Below, piece by piece: positions 9,102 through 17,839 of a DNA stretch of 41,938 nucleotides. Source of the stretch: Candidatus Gottesmanbacteria bacterium RIFCSPHIGHO2_02_FULL_39_14. Its GTDB lineage: Bacteria; Patescibacteriota; Microgenomatia; 2-02-FULL-39-11. The stretch covers positions 10,327 to 52,264 of the forward strand of contig MFJM01000006.1 of NCBI GenBank assembly GCA_001779205.1, in the 5' to 3' direction. Made by a program: the position numbers and the translations under genes. Position 1 is the first letter of the stretch. Each line of letters starts with the position of its first letter. Under the pieces are notes generated by a model. That model searched no databases, was not told the origin of the DNA, and saw only the letters and a list, made by a program, of their open reading frames with translations.

Positions 9102-9824
9102 TTATGGGGTGCCAGTTAAAGAACCTGGTGGTAACTCCATATTATTTCGTCTTTTAGTAATTACTGGAATTTCTAGAATACTTTTTACTACTTTTTCTGC
9201 AATTTCTCTTTGATTATTGAAAGAGGGAGTAAAAGCTATTTCCACCTTGTGGTCTGTACCATCTTCCATCACTATACCTTCGGGAAGTTGCCCTTCCTGT
9301 TGTGCAAAACCACCTTTAAGATTTATATGTTGCATATTGATTTGCATCATAACGCTTCCTGCTCTCTCGACATCTCGTTGTAGCCCAGCTAAATCATTTT
9401 TTTGTTTTTCCGACATTCCCTTTGGGTTAAATGATATGTGTGGGATTTCAACAATTGGACACATCAGAAGCGGACTTATTATTCTTAATTGCTCGAGCGG
9501 CAATCTTAAACCTGATGAGTCATCAAATGCTCCCAACCGAGATGTGAGAATATTAACAATATCTTGGTAAATAACTCCCGATTCCTCTCCGGTTAATTTT
9601 CCTCCGATTCGTAATCCTGCTATATAGTGAGGACCATCTATTTCTCTTCCAGCTTCATCACGCAATAATTGAGCTGAGAACTTTTATTGAGTTATGTCAA
9701 AAGCCTTTCGAAATTCAGATGAAACTCTTCTATATTCACGAAACGCTCGAATTCTATCCACAAACTTTATTTTTTCATTACCGAGTACGTGAGATTCATC
9801 TTCCTGTAAATCAGTATGAGCCAT
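9102..9824 (-). pseudogene. ~240-aa hypothetical protein with one in-frame TAA
   Basis: ATG 9824 (MAHTDLQEDE...) is in frame with ORF 9102-9665, with TAA at 9686-9684. TTGACA-N17-TAACAT lies upstream of 9824. Confidence 0.65.
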
Positions 9825-9961
9825 TCTTTATTCATGTTAGATTAGATAGATTAGAGTGTCAATTATAGTTTGTCAACAAAATTATATACAAAAATATTAT
9901 CTTGATTTCTCTGCAGGCACGGTAAATAAAAATTCAAGTATAAGTCAGATTTGTAAACCAC

Positions 9962-9989
9962 GTTCTGATTTCTTCTAAGCCCCGCAACA
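9962..9989 (+). repeat. tRNA-3'-end-like repeat R3
   Basis: gttctgatttcttctaagccccgcaaca. Confidence 0.85.
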
Positions 9990-10020
9990 CTTCGACTCAC
10001 TCCGCTCGCTCAGTGCAAGC
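9988..10020. repeat. REP-like palindromic element upstream of a GIY-YIG gene
   Basis: cacttcgactcactccgctcgctcagtgcaagc, with partial complements gcggagtg (~10035) and gtcgaag (~10073) downstream. Confidence 0.5.
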
Positions 10021-10126
10021 ACATTAATTGAGAAGCGGAGTGTGTTTGGTTTATAAGGATAAAAAAATAAGGGTCGAAGCGTACTGAACAAATGTAGCGG
10101 GTTGAAGCACTATATAATTAGAGATT

Positions 10127-10372
10127 ATGTGGTTTGTCTATATACTGCTGTGCAAGGATAGGAGCTTATATACGGGTGTTTCCAACAATCCACAAAAACG
10201 ATTTTCAGATCATCAAACCGGTAAAGGCAGTAAGTATACAAGATCATTTAAAGCAAAAAGTATTGTCCATCTTGAAAAGTACATGACCAAATCAGAAGCG
10301 CTAAAAAGAGAAAGACTGATAAAAAGTTGGAGCCGAGAAAAGAAAATCAGAATATTAAATCTAAAAATCTGA
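10127..10372 (+). CDS. Small GIY-YIG nuclease (UPF0213/YhbQ-like)
   Basis: WFVYILLCKDRSLYTGVSNNPQKRF.DH..GKGSKYTR...ALKRE..IK.WSREKK. Confidence 0.9.
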   Translation: MWFVYILLCKDRSLYTGVSNNPQKRFSDHQTGKGSKYTRSFKAKSIVHLEKYMTKSEALKRERLIKSWSREKKIRILNLKI

Positions 10373-10386
10373 TTATTTCCAAAATT

Positions 10387-11409
10387 ATGATTAAGGCAAA
10401 AAAACTGTATTTCTATTTATTGTTGACGATACTTCTTCATGGTTGTCTCTTTTTTTATAAATACTACCAGACTGCGAATATTCAGCAGGATAACTATGTC
10501 GGGTATGCGAAGGCATTTAAAACAGAATCATTTATAAGCAATATCTCTGAGGACGATAGCAGACTATTTCCCGGTTTACCGCTGTTAATCTATATATTTA
10601 ACTTCTTAACCGGAAGTGAAAATACAGCCGGCTTGTTTTTATCATTTCTAAGCCTGTTAACAATTTTTTTGTTTTCAGTACACTTTACAAAAAACACTTT
10701 TTATGCATTTTGGATTACTGTTTTCCCGCCCATCATATTTGAACAAACAAGTAAAATCAGTACCGAAGCAATAACAATTGCTCTTTTTATCATCAGTTAT
10801 TACCTCATTATAAATAAAAAATACCGATTCAGTGCGCTTCTGCTTGGATTTGCCTCAATTGTCCGATTGATCAGCATAAGTATGTTTATAGGGCTTTTAA
10901 TTTTATTATTCAGGCGGAAAAAATATATTTTATTGGTACAAAGCAGTGTATTTTATATGCTATTTCCTCTTTTCATGCTGGTATTTAATTTCTTTCACTG
11001 GGGATGGGGGGGCATTTTCAGACAAATAACGATGAATCAGATTGTCGGTAGGGGAACATTAACGCCGGTACAACTCATTAATGATATATTGCGGACAATT
11101 TCTTGGAAGCAACCTCAAATACTTATTTCCGGAATGGTTAACATTATTCTTTTTTTCTCGGTATTTTATAGTTGTATCAGATATAAAAATGATTTCTTAA
11201 ATTCAGGTGATCAATTATTGGTCAAGGTCTGGGCCATACTTTCTTTAATATTAGTTTTTTCTATCGGACCAACTCCTTTCTTGGAAGAAGCAAGCAGATA
11301 TCTGATAGTTATTACAACACCATTACTCCTTTTTATGTTTCAAAGACTGCTTAAGCATAAAAGGCTTCTTATTGGCTCTTTGATTCTAAGCATTTTTGCA
11401 TTTATCTAA
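10387..11409 (+). CDS. Multi-TM protein, probable GT-C glycosyltransferase
   Basis: QDNY...A, RLFPGLPLLI, STEA and late RY motifs with about 9 TM segments. Confidence 0.6.
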   Translation: MIKAKKLYFYLLLTILLHGCLFFYKYYQTANIQQDNYVGYAKAFKTESFISNISEDDSRLFPGLPLLIYIFNFLTGSENTAGLFLSFLSLLTIFLFSVHFTKNTFYAFWITVFPPIIFEQTSKISTEAITIALFIISYYLIINKKYRFSALLLGFASIVRLISISMFIGLLILLFRRKKYILLVQSSVFYMLFPLFMLVFNFFHWGWGGIFRQITMNQIVGRGTLTPVQLINDILRTISWKQPQILISGMVNIILFFSVFYSCIRYKNDFLNSGDQLLVKVWAILSLILVFSIGPTPFLEEASRYLIVITTPLLLFMFQRLLKHKRLLIGSLILSIFAFI

Positions 11410-11539
11410 GTAAGGGGGGAGCCGGAAGACCTTGGTACTGTCGGATATGAAATCACTACAGAAACCCCCTTTTAGTCCATTTATTGAAAAATCCTTTTAA
11501 AGCTGGTAAGGTATTAGGTATAGATAGATATTTATTGAT

Positions 11540-12349
11540 ATGTTGCCGGCTTTTTTAATCACTTTCAGGGAAGTAATTGAGGCTTCGTTAATAGTGGCTA
11601 CAATTTTGGGTATTCTGGTGAAATTAAAGCAAAAGAAAGGGGTAAAATCAGTCTGGCTGGCAACGCTAGCGGGAGGGGGAGTGAGCATTATTCTTCTGGC
11701 GATTGGCAGTCTGGTAGGAGTTAAAGTCCAAGAGATTTACAGTGGGAAAACGGAGGAATTGATTGAGGGTATCATGATGGTGACGTCGGCCTTTTTTATT
11801 ACCTGGGCAGTATTTTTCCTTCATAATTACTTCTGCAGATATAAAACCAGATTGTTGCAGAAGATTAATTCTTCGGTTGAAAGTGAAGAGCAGAAGGGTT
11901 TGTTTTGGCTGACTTTTACAGCGGTTTTTCGGGAGGGGATTGAGGTTGTCCTATTCTTGTCGACAATTTATTTATCCTCCAATCCACAGCGTATTTTCAG
12001 CGGTTTTGTGTTAGGTGCAGCGGGTGCTTTGATGGTATCTTTTGGTCTATTTACGGCAACTTTGAGGTTGCCGATTTTTTATGCTTTTAGAATAACAAGC
12101 CTGCTTCTTATCCTTTTTGCCGCAGGATTATTAGCACGGGGTGTTGCCGAGTTTGCCGAGTTTGGATTATTACCGGTAATTGCTGAAACGACACTATCGT
12201 TTATACCGGCAAAAGCAACATTTTCCGGAGACATGATAAAGTCTGTATTCGGGTTAACACAGAAAATGGATACAATTCAATTGTCTATCTATGGGGTTTA
12301 TGTCACTTTAATGAGCTGGCGTGTTTTTGTGAGAAAGGCGGGGAGGTAG
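11540..12349 (+). CDS. FTR1/EfeU-family iron permease
   Basis: Two RExxE motifs (FREVIEA, FREGIEV) in a 7-TM protein. Confidence 0.9.
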   Translation: MLPAFLITFREVIEASLIVATILGILVKLKQKKGVKSVWLATLAGGGVSIILLAIGSLVGVKVQEIYSGKTEELIEGIMMVTSAFFITWAVFFLHNYFCRYKTRLLQKINSSVESEEQKGLFWLTFTAVFREGIEVVLFLSTIYLSSNPQRIFSGFVLGAAGALMVSFGLFTATLRLPIFYAFRITSLLLILFAAGLLARGVAEFAEFGLLPVIAETTLSFIPAKATFSGDMIKSVFGLTQKMDTIQLSIYGVYVTLMSWRVFVRKAGR

Positions 12350-12378
12350 TGGTAAACTTCTTATAAAGGAGATAAAAA

Positions 12379-13164
12379 TTGAAAATAATTCCATTAGGCA
12401 GCAACGGCTTTTTTCCCAGTTATAACAGGCAGACAGCATGCTACGCAATTCATTACAAGAGTATTTTAATTGTTCTAGATGCAGGAAGCGGACTTTTCCG
12501 ATTTGCCGAAAAAGAAGGAAAAGTTTTGTTACGAGGAGTTGATGAAATTCATATTTTTTTATCGCATTATCATTTGGATCATACCTTCGGATTTTATGCA
12601 GCCTTTGAACTCTTTGAGAAAAAAAGGGTAACAGTATTTGCCAAAGCAGGCAGACAAGTTTTTTCGGAATTTGTCGCGATGGAACATTTTCCGATTGATT
12701 ATGAGAAGAAGCATAAAAATTTCAGTTGGAAAACTGTAACTGAAGAAACATACCGTTTAGAAGGTTATAAAGCAAAAGTCCGTAAGCAGAATCATCGGGG
12801 TGAAGTAAGCTTAGGATTCAGAATGGAATTCTCAAATGGTAAAAGTATGACTTATATTACAGACGGAGAACCGACTTGGGAGAGCGTAGAATTTGTCAGG
12901 GGAGTTGATTTATTACTGCATGAGCATGAACCATCTGATGAAAAGGAGGCAAAACATCTCAAATTGGAAGATCAGATTTCCGACGGACATGTGACGACCG
13001 AAGGGGCTGGTTTGATTGCCAGAGAAGCCGGAGTGAAGAAACTGGCGTTGGTTCATCACAATCCATTTCTTAATGAGGCGAGCTTAATAAAAGAATTAAA
13101 AAAAGCAAAAGCGATTTTTAAAGAAAGTTATTTAGCGATGGATATGGAAGAGGTTGAGTTTTAG
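12379..13164 (+). CDS. Metallo-beta-lactamase-fold hydrolase, RNase Z/BN-like
   Basis: LGSNG, DAGSG, SHYHLDH, TD, HE, GH and LVHH motifs. Confidence 0.85.
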   Translation: MKIIPLGSNGFFPSYNRQTACYAIHYKSILIVLDAGSGLFRFAEKEGKVLLRGVDEIHIFLSHYHLDHTFGFYAAFELFEKKRVTVFAKAGRQVFSEFVAMEHFPIDYEKKHKNFSWKTVTEETYRLEGYKAKVRKQNHRGEVSLGFRMEFSNGKSMTYITDGEPTWESVEFVRGVDLLLHEHEPSDEKEAKHLKLEDQISDGHVTTEGAGLIAREAGVKKLALVHHNPFLNEASLIKELKKAKAIFKESYLAMDMEEVEF

Positions 13165-13174
13165 ATTTTAGAAT

Positions 13175-13206
13175 TTGACAATACAATTGTATTATTGTAT
13201 TATGAT
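13175..13206 (+). promoter_or_regulatory. TA promoter with palindromic operator
   Basis: TTGACA-N17-TATTAT with the palindrome aatacaattgtatt (13180-13193) in the spacer. Confidence 0.6.
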
Positions 13207-13212
13207 ACTCAA

Positions 13213-13464
13213 ATGAATTGGATTACTACGAATATCAGATTTCCTGAAGATATTTATATGGAATTAAAGATGGAAGCCGCACGTAAGCGCCGAAGTATTG
13301 CTGATATTGTGAGAGAAAGCGTAGCTAAAAGAAAAAATATTATGGGAATAACTAATGTAGAAAAATTTTTAAAAAAAGCCGATAAAATAGCAAGAGAAAT
13401 CAGCAGACAAAATAAAGGTAAAAGCTTATCTAAGGCTCTAATTGAGATGAGATACGAACAATGA
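13213..13464 (+). CDS. Ribbon-helix-helix antitoxin (VapB-like)
   Basis: TTNIRFPEDIY.ELK.EA....RSIADIVRESV; ATGA overlap with the PIN gene. Confidence 0.8.
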   Translation: MNWITTNIRFPEDIYMELKMEAARKRRSIADIVRESVAKRKNIMGITNVEKFLKKADKIAREISRQNKGKSLSKALIEMRYEQ

Positions 13465-13886
13465 TTGTTGTAGATGCTTCAGTAGCAATTAAGTGGATCG
13501 AGAAAGAAGAGGATAGTGAAAAAGCTGTTTTATTACAAAAATCTCATTTGTTAAAGCAAAACGAGATTATTGTTCCCCAGTTAATTTATTTTGAAATTGC
13601 GAATACATTATCCACGAAATCTAAAGTTGAAGAAAAGTATATAGAGTTGGGAATAAACATAGTTTATAACACTGATTTGAAAATTGAACAGTTAGAGAAA
13701 GTTGATCTTTTAAAAGCGTCAAATCTAGCAAAAAAGTATAAAACTTCAGTTTACGATATGATTTATGCTGTTGTGGCAAAAAAATACGATACTATACTTA
13801 TCACTACAGATGAGAAATTTATTCAGAAAACAAAATTTTCTTATGTTAAATTATTAAGTGAATATACTGCCGGCACAAAAACTTGA
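13461..13886 (+). CDS. vapC: PIN-domain toxin (VapC family)
   Basis: VVDASVAIKW...E...YD..Y...A......LITTD. Confidence 0.9.
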   Translation: MIVVDASVAIKWIEKEEDSEKAVLLQKSHLLKQNEIIVPQLIYFEIANTLSTKSKVEEKYIELGINIVYNTDLKIEQLEKVDLLKASNLAKKYKTSVYDMIYAVVAKKYDTILITTDEKFIQKTKFSYVKLLSEYTAGTKT

Positions 13887-13917
13887 CAGATATGGTAAGA
13901 TAAGAGGAAATTGATAA

Positions 13918-14162
13918 AGGCGATGATGGCGTAAGGATGGGACGCCGGAGCTGACCCTAATAAGGTACGGAGGCGAAACCGTAAAAGACAGTAACATGTG
14001 TCGCGAAAGCGGAGCATGTCATGAATGAGGTTAACTCATTTCGGATATGTGTCCCCGCGAGGGGACTTTTTAATGGGTTAACGAAATAAGGTGGCACAGC
14101 GAAAGTAATTTCGCCCTTGAATTCCCAGAATATTATTTTCGGGAAAAGGAGGGCGTTTTTTT
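13918..14162 (+). promoter_or_regulatory. Trp-specific T-box riboswitch leader
   Basis: Antiterminator AAGG-TGGCACA-GCGAAA...TTTCGC-CCTT at 14088-14118. Competing terminator at 14112-14162. GA-motif Stem I with TGG at 13938-13940. TTGACA at 13883. Confidence 0.9.
14112..14162 (+). terminator. T-box terminator that also sequesters the trpE SD
   Basis: cgccctt..ttccc...gggaa..gagggcg followed by T7 immediately before ATG 14163. Confidence 0.85.
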
Positions 14163-15533
14163 ATGGAAAATATTTTTCAAAATATAAAGCTAGGCTCCTA
14201 TCAAGAGAAGGAAGTGGATTTATCCATTTCCGCTTTCGAAGTATTTAAGCGGCTTTATCCTTATTCGAAAAATATATTTTTGTTGGAATCATTAGGAGAA
14301 GAGGGCAAATACAACCGCTTCTCTTATGTAGGTTATGAACCGGAATGCGTAATTTCAGGTTTAAATGGAGAACTGATTGTTAATAACAGACTATTTAAGA
14401 GCGCAAATCCTTTTGAAAATTTAAAGATTTTTTCCAGATTTAGTAGCGCAGGCCGCGATTTCTGTGGAGGCTTGGTCGGCTATTTTTCTTATGAAGCGGC
14501 TGCCTTTTTTGAGCCTGGTTTTCCGCCAGCTAACAGAGCGGAAAAGCATGAATTTCCGGATTTTCAGTTCGGATTATATTTTGATGGATTGAAGTTCGAT
14601 AAGAGGGGGAAGAGATGTACTTACTTTCATTACGGGAATTCCAGATTAGACCAAATAATGAAAATAATAAATAAAACAAACGGAAATTTGGGACGATTTT
14701 CATATAAAACGATAAAAAATCCGGATGAGAAGGAACACCGATTTAAAGTAGAACATGCCTTGGAAGAAATTAAGAAAGGGAATATTTTTCAAGTGGTTCT
14801 ATCAGAGAGAACTGATTATCAAATCGATGGTGATAACAGGAGAATTTATGCAGTATTACGGCAGGTGAACCCTTCGCCATATATGATCTATCAGAAATTT
14901 GATATGAGGGAGATTATTTCGGCAAGTCCGGAACTACTTATTAGAGTCAAAGGAAGAAAGATTGAACATTTCGGAACACTAGCCGGGACCATAAAAAGGG
15001 GGAAAGACCAGGAAGAAGATGAAAGGTTAAGAGAAAGACTCATTGGCGATGAAAAGGAATTGGCCGAACATTTCATGCTAGTTGATTTAGCCAGAAATGA
15101 TGTCGGTAAGGTGGCCCGCTTCGGGACAATCACGGTAGACAAACTTTCGACAGTCAAGAAATTTTCCAAGGTGCAACATTTATACAGCGAGATAAGAGGA
15201 GAGCTACAAGGGCGGCGGAATTGTTTTGATGCTATTGCTGCCTGTTTTCCGGCGGGGACTTTGACTGGAGCGCCAAAAGTTGAGGCAATGAAGATAATCA
15301 GCAAGCTTGAAGAGATGCGCCGCGGGCCTTACGGAGGAGTAGCTGGATATTTTTCTTTTAACGGAGAGGTGATGCTGGCAATAATTATAAGATCGCTGAT
15401 GATTTGCCGAAATTATGCCTATACGCAAACTGGTAGCGGAATTGTGGTTGATTCTGTTCCAGATCGCGAATTTCAGGAGATAGTCAATAAACAAAATGGA
15501 ATGGATGAGACATTAAGGAGGGCTTCCTTATGA
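14163..15533 (+). CDS. trpE: Anthranilate synthase component I
   Basis: LLES, NPSPYM, SASPE, AGT..RG, EH.MLVDLARND and FPAGTLTGAPK motifs. Confidence 0.95.
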   Translation: MENIFQNIKLGSYQEKEVDLSISAFEVFKRLYPYSKNIFLLESLGEEGKYNRFSYVGYEPECVISGLNGELIVNNRLFKSANPFENLKIFSRFSSAGRDFCGGLVGYFSYEAAAFFEPGFPPANRAEKHEFPDFQFGLYFDGLKFDKRGKRCTYFHYGNSRLDQIMKIINKTNGNLGRFSYKTIKNPDEKEHRFKVEHALEEIKKGNIFQVVLSERTDYQIDGDNRRIYAVLRQVNPSPYMIYQKFDMREIISASPELLIRVKGRKIEHFGTLAGTIKRGKDQEEDERLRERLIGDEKELAEHFMLVDLARNDVGKVARFGTITVDKLSTVKKFSKVQHLYSEIRGELQGRRNCFDAIAACFPAGTLTGAPKVEAMKIISKLEEMRRGPYGGVAGYFSFNGEVMLAIIIRSLMICRNYAYTQTGSGIVVDSVPDREFQEIVNKQNGMDETLRRASL

Positions 15534-16105
15534 AAACATTGATAATCAATAATTACGATTCTTTCACTTATAACCTCTATCAGTATTTAGGGGAACTCGG
15601 CGGCAATCCGCAAGTGTTCCGCAATGATGAGATAACTTACACAGAGATAGAAAAGAAAAAATACAGCCATATCGTAATTTCTCCGGGGCCGGGAGATCCA
15701 TCCGATAAGCATTATTTCGGCGTCTGCCGGGAAGTGATATTACGCCCTGATAAAAATATTCCAATATTGGGAGTGTGTCTGGGACATCAGGGAATTATCC
15801 ATTATTACGGGGGCAGGATTGTTAGGGCCGGAAAGATATTACACGGAAAGAAAAGCAAAATTACTCATAACGGGGACGGAATTTTTAAGGAAGTTAAAAG
15901 CCCCCTATTGGGCATGCGCTACCATTCGCTTGTTGGTGAGAAAGAAACGATACCTGATGTTTTGGAAATTACCGCAGAAACGGATGATGGTGTTGTGATG
16001 GGAGTGGCACATAAACAAATACCAATTTTTGGAATTCAGTTTCATCCGGAGTCGGTGGGGACGGAAGACGGGAAAAAAATATTAAAGAATTTTTTAGAGT
16101 TTTGA
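15530..16105 (+). CDS. trpG: Anthranilate synthase component II (glutamine amidotransferase)
   Basis: NYDSFTYNL, SPGPG, GVCLGHQ, RYHSL and QFHPES motifs. Confidence 0.95.
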   Translation: MKTLIINNYDSFTYNLYQYLGELGGNPQVFRNDEITYTEIEKKKYSHIVISPGPGDPSDKHYFGVCREVILRPDKNIPILGVCLGHQGIIHYYGGRIVRAGKILHGKKSKITHNGDGIFKEVKSPLLGMRYHSLVGEKETIPDVLEITAETDDGVVMGVAHKQIPIFGIQFHPESVGTEDGKKILKNFLEF

Positions 16106-16138
16106 ACGTATAGTCCCGAATTAATCGGGATCACGTTC
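16104..16138. repeat. Intergenic hairpin (REP-like) between trpG and trpD
   Basis: gaacgt..tcccga-attaa-tcggga..acgttc. Confidence 0.6.
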
Positions 16139-16146
16139 TAAAAAAC

Positions 16147-17184
16147 ATGGAAGCACAAGAAATTTTAGAAAAATTAATAAACAGAACAGATTTAACAAAA
16201 CTTCAAAGCACGATACTTGCCGAAATAATTTTCTCCGAGGACGTACAGGCGAGTATAAAAGCGGCACTGTTGACTGCTTTAAGGATGAAAGGGGAGTCTG
16301 TGTCTGAAATTCTGGGATTTATTGAAATCATCAGAAAAGCAATGGTGAAAGTGAAGATAGATGATTTAGCGATTGATACCTGCGGCAACGGTGGAGATAA
16401 CCAGAATACTTTTAATATTTCAACGGCAGCGGCGATTGTGGCAGCAGCCTGCGGGGTGAAAGTGGCCAAACACGGCAACCGCAACATTTCGTCAAAAAGC
16501 GGAAGTGCTGATGTTTTGGAAGCAATGGGAGCAAGAGTTGATTTGACGGCAAAAGAGGTGGAAGACAGCCTTAATTTCTCCAATTTCACTTTTATGTTTG
16601 TGCCTAATTTCCATCCGATTTTCAAAAATATCGGACTTTTGAGGCGTGAGCTTAGAATAAAAACAATTTTCAATTTGCTCGGGCCGCTGGTTAATCCGGC
16701 AGGAGTGAAGCGGCAGATTATCGGCAGCGGAAGCAGGGAGGCGGCGGAAATATTAAGTAAGGTCGTGCAAAGACTTGATAATGAGCATATTCTAGTAGTT
16801 CATTCTTTTGAGGGAATGGATGAGATTAGCATATATGAGCCGACACAAGTATTTGAGATTAGAGGAAATAGAATTAAAAAATTTGTCATAAAACCAGAGG
16901 AATTCGGTTTGAGAGGAAAGGATGCAAACAATATAAGAGTCAATTCCATTGAGGAGAGTAAAGTTAAATTAACAGAGATACTTGAGGGGAGTTTTGGCGA
17001 TGCGAGAAAAATTGTTCTATTTAATTCCGCGGCTGCACTTTATGTTGGAGGACGATGTCGAAGTATTGCCGAAGGAATTAAATTTGCCGAGAAAGCAATA
17101 GACGAAGGACTAGCATATGCAGAACTTAATAAATTCATAGAGTTTAGTAAAAAAGTGAGGATGCAAAATGATCAACATATTTAA
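16147..17184 (+). CDS. trpD: Anthranilate phosphoribosyltransferase
   Basis: DTCGNGGD..TFNIST, KHGNR..SSKSGSADVLE, FNLLGPL.NP and G.DE motifs. Confidence 0.95.
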   Translation: MEAQEILEKLINRTDLTKLQSTILAEIIFSEDVQASIKAALLTALRMKGESVSEILGFIEIIRKAMVKVKIDDLAIDTCGNGGDNQNTFNISTAAAIVAAACGVKVAKHGNRNISSKSGSADVLEAMGARVDLTAKEVEDSLNFSNFTFMFVPNFHPIFKNIGLLRRELRIKTIFNLLGPLVNPAGVKRQIIGSGSREAAEILSKVVQRLDNEHILVVHSFEGMDEISIYEPTQVFEIRGNRIKKFVIKPEEFGLRGKDANNIRVNSIEESKVKLTEILEGSFGDARKIVLFNSAAALYVGGRCRSIAEGIKFAEKAIDEGLAYAELNKFIEFSKKVRMQNDQHI

Positions 17185-17839
17185 AAAAATATTAGAGGTG
17201 AGGAAATTCATTCTTATGGCTGAGATAAAAATAAAATCACCATCGGAAGGAGCATTGGGCGGGATGGAAGAGATGGAGGAAATTGCTAAAGAATATACGG
17301 ATGGGGGAGCGGATATGATTTCGGCAGTGACAGAACAAACGCATTTCGGAGGAGATTTGGGGATGATAGATAGAATAAAAAGAGTGAGCAGTTTGCCGAT
17401 TCTTTGCAAAGATTTTATTTCGGATGAAAGAGAGCTAGTTGATGTTAAAGAGCATGGTGCTGATGCTGTTTTATTATTGGTAATGTATGTATCTAAGGAG
17501 AAGTTAGTAGTGCTTTTTGACAGTGCGTTGAAAATGGGACTTGTTCCAATAGTAGAAGTTGATAACGAAGTTGACCTTAACATGGCAGTAAGAGAAAAAT
17601 TTCCGGTGGTGGCGGTTAATGCCAGGAATTTAAGGGATTTGTCGGTTGACAGAAAAAAGGCAATTTCATTGATTAGAAAAATTCCTCAAAAAGTAATTGC
17701 CCTGGCGTTTTCCGGAGTAAGAGATAAGGAAGATGTGAAAAATTATTTAAAAGCCGGAGCAAAGGGAGTGCTTATCGGGACAGTGCTAATGCGGGCAAAG
17801 GATAAGGTTTCGATGTTAAAGGAGTTGAGGGGTGTATGA
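17168..17839 (+). CDS. trpC: Indole-3-glycerol-phosphate synthase
   Basis: AEIK.KSPS.G, TE..HFGG, PIL.KDFI, GADAVLL, VEV and N.RNL motifs. Confidence 0.93.
   Translation: MINIFKKILEVRKFILMAEIKIKSPSEGALGGMEEMEEIAKEYTDGGADMISAVTEQTHFGGDLGMIDRIKRVSSLPILCKDFISDERELVDVKEHGADAVLLLVMYVSKEKLVVLFDSALKMGLVPIVEVDNEVDLNMAVREKFPVVAVNARNLRDLSVDRKKAISLIRKIPQKVIALAFSGVRDKEDVKNYLKAGAKGVLIGTVLMRAKDKVSMLKELRGV

Noticed and set aside
7236-9989. Three 28-bp repeats as a CRISPR array or classical attC sites
   Set aside because: Spacing is 0.9-1.8 kb, no cas or intI gene is present, and there is no RYYYAAC...GTTRRRY attC fold.
13918-14162. Ribosome-mediated trpL leader-peptide attenuator
   Set aside because: No short ORF with tandem Trp codons, and T-box elements explain the leader.
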